A stretch of 64,000 bases of DNA from Eledone cirrhosa (Eukaryota): assembly GCA_964016885.1 (NCBI GenBank), contig CAXHJY010001213.1, forward strand, positions 11,312-75,311, written 5' to 3'. Below the pieces are notes generated by a model. That model saw nothing but the letters and a program-made list of their open reading frames with translations, searched no databases and was not told the DNA's origin. A program made the position numbers and the translations under genes. Shown in pieces: positions 13,171 through 24,749 of the stretch. The first letter of the stretch is position 1; each line of letters opens with the position of its first letter.

Positions 13171-15035
13171 TATAGACATAGAATATTCGAAAATATTCTG
13201 TATGTTTATAATAAACATTTTGAAGACCTAATCGCTATAGAATAGAATACGTCACGTATTACAATTAGATTCTCGATAAAAGCAAGGGAAGTAATCTACG
13301 CGTTTCATTCTCGTTAGAAATCATCAGGACTACATATCCAGTGCTTTTATCGAGAATGACACAGCTAGAGACTTATAGAATACTTAGCTGTGTACAGGAA
13401 CTGGTTTGAAAGAGCGGTTGCCGGTCCGGCAGAAATTAGAAATTGGAATAAATGCTCTGAAATAGCGATATATATGTGAATATAGACATAGAATATTCGA
13501 AAATATTCTGTATGTTTATAATAAACATTTTGAAGACCTAATCGCTATAGAATAGAATACGTCACGTATTACAATTAGATTCTCGATAAAAGCAAGGGAA
13601 GTAATCTACGCGTTTCATTCTCGTTAGAAATCATCAGGACTACATATCCAGTGCTTTTATCGAGAATGACACAGCTAGAGACTTATAGAATACTTAGCTG
13701 TGTACAGGAACTGGTTTGAAAGAGCGGTTGCCGGTCCGGCAGAAATTAGAAATTGGAATAAATGCTCTGAAATAGCGATATATATGTGAATATAGACATA
13801 GAATATTCGAAAATATTCTGTATGTTTATAATAAACATTTTGAAGACCTAATCGCTATAGAATAGAATACGTCACGTATTACAATTAGATTCTCGATAAA
13901 AGCAAGGGAAGTAATCTACGCGTTTCATTCTCGTTAGAAATCATCAGGACTACATATCCAGTGCTTTTATCGAGAATGACACAGCTAGAGACTTATAGAA
14001 TACTTAGCTGTGTACAGGAACTGGTTTGAAAGAGCGGTTGCCGGTCCGGCAGAAATTAGAAATTGGAATAAATGCTCTGAAATAGCGATATATATGTGAA
14101 TATAGACATAGAATATTCGAAAATATTCTGTATGTTTATAATAAACATTTTGAAGACCTAATCGCTATAGAATAGAATACGTCACGTATTACAATTAGAT
14201 TCTCGATAAAAGCAAGGGAAGTAATCTACGCGTTTCATTCTCGTTAGAAATCATCAGGACTACATATCCAGTGCTTTTATCGAGAATGACACAGCTAGAG
14301 ACTTATAGAATACTTAGCTGTGTACAGGAACTGGTTTGAAAGAGCGGTTGCCGGTCCGGCAGAAATTAGAAATTGGAATAAATGCTCTGAAATAGCGATA
14401 TATATGTGAATATAGACATAGAATATTCGAAAATATTCTGTATGTTTATAATAAACATTTTGAAGACCTAATCGCTATAGAATAGAATACGTCACGTATT
14501 ACAATTAGATTCTCGATAAAAGCAAGGGAAGTAATCTACGCGTTTCATTCTCGTTAGAAATCATCAGGACTACATATCCAGTGCTTTTATCGAGAATGAC
14601 ACAGCTAGAGACTTATAGAATACTTAGCTGTGTACAGGAACTGGTTTGAAAGAGCGGTTGCCGGTCCGGCAGAAATTAGAAATTGGAATAAATGCTCTGA
14701 AATAGCGATATATATGTGAATATAGACATAGAATATTCGAAAATATTCTGTATGTTTATAATAAACATTTTGAAGACCTAATCGCTATAGAATAGAATAC
14801 GTCACGTATTACAATTAGATTCTCGATAAAAGCAAGGGAAGTAATCTACGCGTTTCATTCTCGTTAGAAATCATCAGGACTACATATCCAGTGCTTTTAT
14901 CGAGAATGACACAGCTAGAGACTTATAGAATACTTAGCTGTGTACAGGAACTGGTTTGAAAGAGCGGTTGCCGGTCCGGCAGAAATTAGAAATTGGAATA
15001 AATGCTCTGAAATAGCGATATATATGTGAATATAG
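13171..15035 (-). repeat. Tandem array of 6 x 310-bp units, each with a minus-strand hammerhead
   Basis: TATAGACATAGAATATTCG recurs at 13171, 13481, 13791, 14101, 14411 and 14721. The first HHR is at 13269-13357 (-). Confidence 0.97.
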
Positions 15036-17931
15036 ATTAGGTCTTCAAAATGTTTATTATAAACATACAGAATATTTTCGAATATTCTATGTCTATATTC
15101 ACATATATATCGCTATTTCAGAGCATTTATTCCAATTTCTAATTTCTGCCGGACCGGCAACCGCTCTTTCAAACCAGTTCCTGTACACAGCTAAGTATTC
15201 TATAAGTCTCTAGCTGTGTCATTCTCGATAAAAGCACTGGATATGTAGTCCTGATGATTTCTAACGAGAATGAAACGCGTAGATTACTTCCCTTGCTTTT
15301 ATCGAGAATCTAATTGTAATACGTGACGTATTCTATTCTATAGCGATTAGGTCTTCAAAATGTTTATTATAAACATACAGAATATTTTCGAATATTCTAT
15401 GTCTATATTCACATATATATCGCTATTTCAGAGCATTTATTCCAATTTCTAATTTCTGCCGGACCGGCAACCGCTCTTTCAAACCAGTTCCTGTACACAG
15501 CTAAGTATTCTATAAGTCTCTAGCTGTGTCATTCTCGATAAAAGCACTGGATATGTAGTCCTGATGATTTCTAACGAGAATGAAACGCGTAGATTACTTC
15601 CCTTGCTTTTATCGAGAATCTAATTGTAATACGTGACGTATTCTATTCTATAGCGATTAGGTCTTCAAAATGTTTATTATAAACATACAGAATATTTTCG
15701 AATATTCTATGTCTATATTCACATATATATCGCTATTTCAGAGCATTTATTCCAATTTCTAATTTCTGCCGGACCGGCAACCGCTCTTTCAAACCAGTTC
15801 CTGTACACAGCTAAGTATTCTATAAGTCTCTAGCTGTGTCATTCTCGATAAAAGCACTGGATATGTAGTCCTGATGATTTCTAACGAGAATGAAACGCGT
15901 AGATTACTTCCCTTGCTTTTATCGAGAATCTAATTGTAATACGTGACGTATTCTATTCTATAGCGATTAGGTCTTCAAAATGTTTATTATAAACATACAG
16001 AATATTTTCGAATATTCTATGTCTATATTCACATATATATCGCTATTTCAGAGCATTTATTCCAATTTCTAATTTCTGCCGGACCGGCAACCGCTCTTTC
16101 AAACCAGTTCCTGTACACAGCTAAGTATTCTATAAGTCTCTAGCTGTGTCATTCTCGATAAAAGCACTGGATATGTAGTCCTGATGATTTCTAACGAGAA
16201 TGAAACGCGTAGATTACTTCCCTTGCTTTTATCGAGAATCTAATTGTAATACGTGACGTATTCTATTCTATAGCGATTAGGTCTTCAAAATGTTTATTAT
16301 AAACATACAGAATATTTTCGAATATTCTATGTCTATATTCACATATATATCGCTATTTCAGAGCATTTATTCCAATTTCTAATTTCTGCCGGACCGGCAA
16401 CCGCTCTTTCAAACCAGTTCCTGTACACAGCTAAGTATTCTATAAGTCTCTAGCTGTGTCATTCTCGATAAAAGCACTGGATATGTAGTCCTGATGATTT
16501 CTAACGAGAATGAAACGCGTAGATTACTTCCCTTGCTTTTATCGAGAATCTAATTGTAATACGTGACGTATTCTATTCTATAGCGATTAGGTCTTCAAAA
16601 TGTTTATTATAAACATACAGAATATTTTCGAATATTCTATGTCTATATTCACATATATATCGCTATTTCAGAGCATTTATTCCAATTTCTAATTTCTGCC
16701 GGACCGGCAACCGCTCTTTCAAACCAGTTCCTGTACACAGCTAAGTATTCTATAAGTCTCTAGCTGTGTCATTCTCGATAAAAGCACTGGATATGTAGTC
16801 CTGATGATTTCTAACGAGAATGAAACGCGTAGATTACTTCCCTTGCTTTTATCGAGAATCTAATTGTAATACGTGACGTATTCTATTCTATAGCGATTAG
16901 GTCTTCAAAATGTTTATTATAAACATACAGAATATTTTCGAATATTCTATGTCTATATTCACATATATATCGCTATTTCAGAGCATTTATTCCAATTTCT
17001 AATTTCTGCCGGACCGGCAACCGCTCTTTCAAACCAGTTCCTGTACACAGCTAAGTATTCTATAAGTCTCTAGCTGTGTCATTCTCGATAAAAGCACTGG
17101 ATATGTAGTCCTGATGATTTCTAACGAGAATGAAACGCGTAGATTACTTCCCTTGCTTTTATCGAGAATCTAATTGTAATACGTGACGTATTCTATTCTA
17201 TAGCGATTAGGTCTTCAAAATGTTTATTATAAACATACAGAATATTTTCGAATATTCTATGTCTATATTCACATATATATCGCTATTTCAGAGCATTTAT
17301 TCCAATTTCTAATTTCTGCCGGACCGGCAACCGCTCTTTCAAACCAGTTCCTGTACACAGCTAAGTATTCTATAAGTCTCTAGCTGTGTCATTCTCGATA
17401 AAAGCACTGGATATGTAGTCCTGATGATTTCTAACGAGAATGAAACGCGTAGATTACTTCCCTTGCTTTTATCGAGAATCTAATTGTAATACGTGACGTA
17501 TTCTATTCTATAGCGATTAGGTCTTCAAAATGTTTATTATAAACATACAGAATATTTTCGAATATTCTATGTCTATATTCACATATATATCGCTATTTCA
17601 GAGCATTTATTCCAATTTCTAATTTCTGCCGGACCGGCAACCGCTCTTTCAAACCAGTTCCTGTACACAGCTAAGTATTCTATAAGTCTCTAGCTGTGTC
17701 ATTCTCGATAAAAGCACTGGATATGTAGTCCTGATGATTTCTAACGAGAATGAAACGCGTAGATTACTTCCCTTGCTTTTATCGAGAATCTAATTGTAAT
17801 ACGTGACGTATTCTATTCTATAGCGATTAGGTCTTCAAAATGTTTATTATAAACATACAGAATATTTTCGAATATTCTATGTCTATATTCACATATATAT
17901 CGCTATTTCAGAGCATTTATTCCAATTTCTA
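15035..17931 (+). repeat. Tandem array of 9.3 x the same 310-bp unit, inverted, each with a plus-strand hammerhead
   Basis: GATTAGGTCTTC recurs at 15035, 15345 and every 310 bp to 17825. It is the reverse complement of the left array and ends in (TA)n. Confidence 0.97.
15221..15309 (+). ncRNA. Type I hammerhead of the 310-bp unit (representative of 15 copies)
   Basis: Distal stem I ATTCTCGATAAAAGCA/TGCTTTTATCGAGAAT (16 bp), internal loop, proximal stem I GTAGTC/GATTAC, CTGATGA (15251-15257), stem II TTCT-AACG-AGAA, GAAA (15272-15275), palindromic CGCG, cleavage after GTA (15281). Confidence 0.92.
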
Positions 17932-18035
17932 TATACATATATATATACATACATATATATATACATACATATATATATACATACATATATATATACATAC
18001 ATATATATATACATACATATATATATACATACATA

Positions 18036-18074
<39 letters not shown>

Positions 18075-18120
18075 GCATACATACATATATATATATACAT
18101 ATATATATATGCATACATAC

Positions 18121-18168
<48 letters not shown>

Positions 18169-18178
18169 GCATACATAC

Positions 18179-18244
<66 letters not shown>

Positions 18245-18245
<1 letters not shown>

Positions 18246-18460
18246 GGGATAGCGACCAAAAGTTTACCCTAAAATGGGAAAAATTAGCTAAAACCCAAAG
18301 CTTTTCCAGGAGCCAAAATTTCTGCAAATTGTGTAATCTTGAGATTTATTACATAATCACACACAAGAAGAAACTGCTGAATAACAGAATTGAACGAACA
18401 TTATTCTGCCGTCACAGAACTAAAACCCTTTTTTCCCACTACAAGCCGAATATTACATAA
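18245..18460 (+). pseudogene. C-terminal fragment of a PLE GIY-YIG endonuclease
   Basis: FTLKWEKL...[12 protein letters not shown]...LLNNRIE..FCRH....YKPN aligns by eye with the C-termini of the 12028 and 61274 ORFs. Confidence 0.85.
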
Positions 18461-18781
18461 AAGAGGGACATCCCCCAACTATATAAACCTTAATCTAGTT
18501 AGAAAAATATAAAAACAATCTCTTCTCAACATATATTAATAACCTTAAATTACCATACTAATAATGAAAAGATATGCTGATGAGAATAGATACAAATATG
18601 CGAGAATGAATGTGTCTAAAAACGTCCATAAGTATGTATATATATGTGAAAATGTATATAAATAAGTAAATATATATATATGTTTGATGTGTATAGTTAG
18701 ATGTAAGTGTATTCATGTATTAAAGTGCTTATATATATATATGTATGTATATATGTGTATATGTATGTGTATGTATATATG

Positions 18782-18856
<75 letters not shown>

Positions 18857-19422
18857 ATGTATGTATATATGTGTATATGGATGTGTAAGTATGTGTATGT
18901 GTGTACACATGGACTAGAGTATGTATGTATATATGAGTGTGTCTATACGTGTGTATATAAAGATAAGTTGAGTATGAAAATGTATACACATGAGCGCGTA
19001 TGTATGTATATGAATACATGTGTGTATATAAAAGTGTATGCATGTGTATATATATGTAAGTATGAATATGTGAATTGTGAGTATATGTATTTTGTAGAGG
19101 TGTGCAAATATATTTGTGTGTGAATGCGTGGGTGAAAGGATACGTACACTTGAAAGAAAAATTTAAGTCTGAATGTTAATTAAGTGCAAACACAAAACCA
19201 ACCACGCATATCTTTACTATCTCTAATCCTTCTATAGATTTAGAAAAATAACCAATAATATATTCTATAAAAAATGTCAAAACAACAGATGGGAATCTAA
19301 TTACTCACTGCCACCAAGAATTCTCACTGCTATCGAAAAACCACTCCTTCAACTATTCTTCTAACAACTTCACCCCTCCCTCCTAATATTCTCTATAAAA
19401 ACTAAATAGGTCCTCAGTAATA

Positions 19423-19539
19423 TTATTCTGATGAAATGACAGTAAATAATAACATTGAAATATTGAATGTCTGCATAACTAAAAGTTTGTAGATAGCTGT
19501 TTTAGGTTATGTAACTGTTATAGAAACACGTGTCAATAA
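19423..19539 (+). ncRNA. Type I hammerhead with long stem II
   Basis: TTATT CTGATGA, stem II base ATGACAGT/ACTGTTAT, GAAA CACGTG TC AATAA: palindromic stem III and a GUC site. Confidence 0.85.
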
Positions 19540-19573
19540 ATTCCTTTCAACTAAACTGTATCCATTCAAATCT

Positions 19574-19642
<69 letters not shown>

Positions 19643-19707
19643 TACATACATATACATATATATATATATATACATACATATATATATATATATATACATA
19701 CATACAT

Positions 19708-19764
<57 letters not shown>

Positions 19765-20730
19765 CAGGTTTAGCAAATAATGAAAAAGTTTCAAAATAAA
19801 TTTTAAAAAATTGACCTATTGGCATATATATATATATAAAGAGAGAGAGAGCGAGAGAGGAATTGTAAGGAAATAACTCCCATACATATTTTTTTCTATA
19901 ATTCTGAAGAATAGAAAAAAAAAAAAAAATTGGGTAAATGCTGTGGCTGATAATGCCTTTGAATTAATTTCTGTAAAAGATATTAATATAAAAAACAAAC
20001 AAACAAATCTTATAGATTCTATTTTTTTGAAAATTATAGTTGTTTGGGGTTGTTTCAGACCACAACCCATACAATAAAGTCCTTGCTAGGTCTGACCCAG
20101 ATGCGTTATGGTTAATAGTTTGTTCCAGGCTTGGCCAACAAACATGGAGTGGCTAATTTGATTCGTATCTCTTCAGTTCTTTTAGCAATACAGTTTGTTA
20201 AACGTATTATTTGTTTCCCATACGAATCTTCAGCAACCCTCCACCTGATCTTTTGTAATAGTCTTTTACATAGATTGAGCCTTTTACATTGAAGCTACTA
20301 TAGACTAACTTGGGATCCCATAGTGGCCGATGGCATCTTCTTTTTCCGTCTATTAAGGGTCTTCCCCCTATTTTATAAGCTACTTCATCGCATCTCTACG
20401 GATGAGAACACCATCCTTTACATTATTAATTCAATAAAAATTATATATTGGTTTTGGTTTAAATTAAAACGCAGAAAAATAATCATATATTATATTTGGC
20501 TTCAATGAAATAGAAACAGAAAAAGTCCAAGCAATGATACATAAATCCTTACTGTTATACATTAGTTAATTGAAAGTACATTTAAATGTATCATTTATGA
20601 CTTGAGTAAAAAAAAAAAATGAACTTGATAACTTGTTAAGTCCTGGCGAAGATTCGTAACCGTCATTTGCTGGCCTTGTGCCTAACGTAGAAACAATTAT
20701 TGATTTAATTATATTATTTTTTTTATTTAA

Positions 20731-20950
20731 AGGCGGTGGATTGGCAGTATTGGTAGAGCGTCGCACAACAATCTTAGCGACATAGAGTTACAGCCCTTTA
20801 TGTTCTGAGTTCAAATCCCGCCGAGGTTAGCTTTGCCTTTAATCATTTACAGAGTCGATAAAATAAAGCACCAGTAATGTAGTGGTGTTGATTTAATCGA
20901 CTTTCCCTCCCTTAAAATTGTTGGCCTTGTGTCTAAATAGAAACAATTAT
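20731..20950 (+). mobile_element. tRNA-derived SINE, family 1 (octopus-type)
   Basis: A-box-like TGGCAGTATTGG, B-box GAGTTCAAATCC, core CTTTGCCTTT..GTCGATAAAATAAAG, tail GGCCTTGTG..TAGAAAC. More than 15 further copies are in the window. Confidence 0.85.
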
Positions 20951-20985
20951 TTTTTATTTAAGTGCAATAAATAAAATAATATACA

Positions 20986-21160
20986 TAATTGTTTCTACTT
21001 TTGGCACAAGGCCAGCAATTATTCCAGTGCATTACCGTACTTTATTTTATCGATCCCGTAAGGATGAAAGGCAAAGTTAACCTCGAAGGGGACTTGAACT
21101 CAGATCGTAATTCTATGCTGCAAAGCATGGCGTCCGACCCTCTAACGATACTGCCAATAA
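20986..21160 (-). mobile_element. SINE family 1 copy
   Basis: GTTTCTACTTTTGGCACAAGGCCAGCAA..AGGATGAAAGGCAAAGTTAACCTCG..TTGAACTCAG. Confidence 0.85.
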
Positions 21161-21884
21161 TAATAATTTGTTCTATTTCACAGAAAAAAATAATATATTT
21201 AAATGAATTTATAGATGAGATTTCAATACCTGTCGGGACCGAGGAAAGAATGAAATAATTAGTTTTAAAATTTCAGCTGAGTAAAACTTTATATACAATT
21301 ATTTTATTTAGATGAGGTGTCTCAAACATGTTGCCGGCAAACTACTTTTCTATGGCCCACAGCAGAACAATTTTCGCGACAATTTAAGGAAAATGTTCAA
21401 CAGAAATTTTGTCCTCCTATATATTATATTAATTCATGTATCTGTAAGATATATTTTTGATCGCCAAGTGAACTTGAATAAACACGCAGTTCACATAATT
21501 TTAACAGACCATTTGCACATGCCTTGCCCAAACAGTTTGGAGGTCTCGGTTTGAGTAAATAACATCTCTGTCTCTACCTGCTTTCTTTCCTCCATCCACG
21601 TTTGCTCCCTTTTAGTGAACATCCTCTCCTTTCCAACATGGACTAGTTCCACCAGGGAGATGGAGGAAGTTTTAATTCAGTGGATAGAGCTGGGTTTGTC
21701 AGTTCCTGATACTGACAACGATAGACGGAAGCAGAGAGTATGGGCAATCTTCGTTCGAGCGAAACATTTAACTTTAAACTATCATAAGGTTTAGTTGGTA
21801 TTTATCTTTCAACATGCCTTTAGGCTCTTTATTTTAGATGAAAAAGAATGAGATGCTATGATTTATTTTTTAGGATCTCAATAA

Positions 21885-22430
21885 ATAATTGTTTCTACTT
21901 TATTTAGCACAACGCCAGCAATCTGAAGAGGAGGGGAAAGTCGATTAAATCGACTCCAGTACTTACTGGTGCTTTACCCCGTAAGGATGAAAGGCAAAGT
22001 TAACCTCGACGGGATTTGACTCAATAAATAATTGTTTCTACTTTTGGCACAAGGCCTGCAAATTTTACAGTGCATTACTGGTACTTTATTTTATCGACCG
22101 CGTAAGGATGAAAGGCAAAGTTAACCTCGACGGGATATGAAAAATCAACGCAAGTAAAGTTTCATCGACCCCATCCTTACGGGGTCGATAAAATAAAACA
22201 CCAGTAATACACTGGGATAATTGCTGGCCTTGTGCCAAAAGTAAAAACAATTATTTATTTGACTCAATAAATAATTGTTTCTACTTTTGGCACAAGGCCA
22301 GCAATTACCCAGTACATTACTGGTACTTTATTTTATCGACCCGTAAGGATGAAAGGCAAAGTTAACCTCGGCGGGATTTGAACTCAGATCGTAACTACGC
22401 TGGAAGACGTAACTTGCGTTGATTTTTCAT
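21885..22430. mobile_element. Cluster of four partial SINE family 1 copies, partly arranged as a fold-back
   Basis: Two minus copies, then a plus and a minus copy flanked by inverted GAAAAATCAACGCAAGT / ACTTGCGTTGATTTTTC. Confidence 0.8.
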
Positions 22431-23097
22431 TTTGTTTCATTCACTGTTCCTGTTTAAGCCCACCAAAACCGGCTCTGGTTCTATGAAACAAAACCACCCT
22501 TTTTAAAGAGGTCCTATTTAATCCCTTTAATACCTACCCACACAAAATTAGCTCTGCTTATAAGAAAGAAAAGTACCAATTTTAAAGGGTGCCTATTTAA
22601 CCCTTTTATACCAATCTACCTAAAACTATCCCTGGTTCTACGAAACTAAACCACCGATTTTATATAAGAACCATATGTTAAGTGACTATCTTAGTTACGA
22701 AATAATGAATAATTTTAGAAATTCGCTCAAATGTCTTCATTACTTAATTTAAGCGGAATGTATTTCATTAGAAATATGGTCATGGCCACGAAAGTGTTAA
22801 ACTTGTGAGTGTGCTTTTTCGTTGTTGACAATCTATGTTCTGTAACTGACGAATTCAGAATCACCGTGGTTGGCGGCTAAGACGAAGAAAAAGGCACGCC
22901 TTTTGATAATTTCTGTTAGATTCGAAGCTTCTATGTTGCGGATTAAAAAACAGAGGATATTTAGTTAAAGTTTAAGCCACTTATGTTTCTTAAAAGATTT
23001 GTTCTCAAATAGCTGACGCACTCTATTATATTTGTGGTGACTTACGAAAGCCAATTACTTGTGACACATCTCTTAAGTGTAGGAAGAGATAAATATA

Positions 23098-23446
23098 CAG
23101 GGTAGTCCGAAAGTGTTATCACCCCTTGTCACATATTGTTTTAACTTTCATTATTCTATGTTTTAATAATATAATATATAATATCATTAATTATAATTAA
23201 TTATAATATATAACAATAATAATATAATTTTCTATTTTAGAGCTCTTACAGTTTGGGAGAGAGGCTGCTTGCAAGTGTATTGACATGATCGTGTGCATTC
23301 TGGCAAGAGCATGGAGGATGTGCGACATGACTTCACTGCAAGGATCGGCAAACCAGCTCCTCCGAAGAGGACGACACTGCGATGGGAACATAAATTGTTT
23401 CTCATTACTTTTTGGTAGGGGGTGACAAGACTTTCGGACTACCCTA
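23098..23446 (+). mobile_element. Internally deleted Tc1/mariner element (MITE-like)
   Basis: TIRs CAGGGTAGTCCGAAAGT / ACTTTCGGACTACCCTA flanked by TA. The interior encodes DVRHDFTARIGKPAPPKRTTLRWEHKLF, resembling a mariner N-terminal HTH. Confidence 0.8.
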
Positions 23447-24169
23447 TACAATACTAAGAAGGGCCGCTTGTGGAATGTCTGGGAACAGTGTGAAGTATTT
23501 TGTGGTCGTGAAGAGCAAGCCAATAATTATGACGTGGTATTTTTATATACATTCTCAACATAAGTTAGGAAGGGCTTTATGAACGAAAAAAGTCAAGGTA
23601 GAGACATGTCCTTATGTACACAACAAATAAAACTTTACATAAACATAATATCCAAAATGAATTTCAAAATACCGATGTAATTATGTCACCGTTATAATGA
23701 TTTCATATTACCTGTTTATCTTATTTCCCGGTAACTTGAAATTGAAAAAATAAATTAAACTCTACAAACCTCGTCTTCTAAGAAACAAATTGTATCTTCT
23801 CTAGAATCGAAAAGAGGGGAAGATAACTCAAATATAAAAAAAAGAAGTTAATGATGGGAGAGAACTCAGAAGTGAGAATTTCCGAGAAGAATACTTTAGC
23901 GCGGTCCGTGACAGTCCAACATAAAGCCACCCGACAATTAGTCCCCACAGCAGTATCAGCGAACTCCTGGAAAGTCAATAGAGACGTAGAAGTCGGAATC
24001 ACTACCAGCCCCATACTATTCTGCAATACTACTGTGTAAATTAGTCATGTATATATTGTTCCGTATCTCCTAGTGTAGTCGTAGGGGCACTGTAATGACA
24101 TTGACCGTTTCTTGGACATTTTAAAGCCTGGTGGAGTCCCTCTCCAAGCTATTAGTCACACATATATAG

Positions 24170-24270
24170 TGAAGGCGTGTGGTTGATTGGTTAAAGAACA
24201 GGATTCTCAATCGTGAGGTTATCAGTTTGATTCTTGGACCGGGTGATGTGTTATGTCCTTGAGCAACATT
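24170..24270 (+). mobile_element. tRNA-derived SINE family 2 head
   Basis: GTGAAGGCGTGTGG..TGGTTA..GTTTGATTC..TGTGTTATGTCCTTGAGCAA. Related copies at about 28880-29030 (-), 31780-32040 (-), 34440-34700 (+) and 54210-54520 (-). Confidence 0.7.
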
Positions 24271-24749
24271 GTTTCCTCGGTCTGATTTGACGAAAGTCGG
24301 TTGACAATTTTTTTTTTATTGTTAAAATCTTAATGCGTTGAAAAAAATAAACATTGTGTGTGTGCGGGGTGGGGGTTCGGTAATTATAAAGTGTATGTTC
24401 GTAAATATGGGATTTCTTGTAATGTTCCTTTTTTTTTTTTTTTTTTTTTATTACATAGTGTTTTATAATCAAAATAAAATTATTATAAGATTCTCCAGCT
24501 GCTGTATCAATAGGAATCACTTATAAAATTTCGCCGGAGATAGATTAGTAAAATTTAATAAGCGAAGGGGCTTAGAAAAAAATTTGAAAAATCAATAAAC
24601 GGATGTGGGGGGATTAATCAAGACCTGAGAGTATACAACTTTTATTTCAATATCGTATTACATGTTTTATATTTCTCTATGCATTATTTGTTTCATATCC
24701 TCAAGCTTTAGGCTATTAAATAGGTTTATTTACAATAGATTATAACTTT

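Larger units (their letters stand above)
18245..19577 (+). mobile_element. Heavily 5'-truncated PLE: endonuclease tail, 3' UTR, hammerhead, between (TA)n tracts
   Basis: The endonuclease fragment is followed by a UTR and the HHR at 19423-19539, then (TA)n from about 19577. Confidence 0.7.
19827..21440 (+). repeat. About 1.6-kb segmental duplication, copy 1 (copy 2 at about 32735-34360, direct)
   Basis: Near-identical sequence; the ORF track gives almost the same peptides at 20323/33262 and 20989/33908. Confidence 0.92.

Noticed and set aside
13171-17931. CRISPR-like or coding interpretation of the array
   Set aside because: The units are identical with no unique spacers, there are no cas genes, the context is eukaryotic, and the unit holds no sustained ORF.
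18571-18630. Hammerhead-like TATG CTGATGA..AAAAC GTC CATA after the endonuclease fragment
   Set aside because: GAAA is replaced by AAAA and stem II is not flush with the core; at best a decayed motif.
20731-20830. tRNA genes at A-box/B-box motifs
   Set aside because: They are SINE heads joined to a shared core and tail, with no complete cloverleaf.
23805-23923. Possible terminal exon SKRGEDNSNIKKEVNDGRELRSENFREEYFSAVRDSPT
   Set aside because: Short, with no homology recognised and no supporting neighbouring exons.
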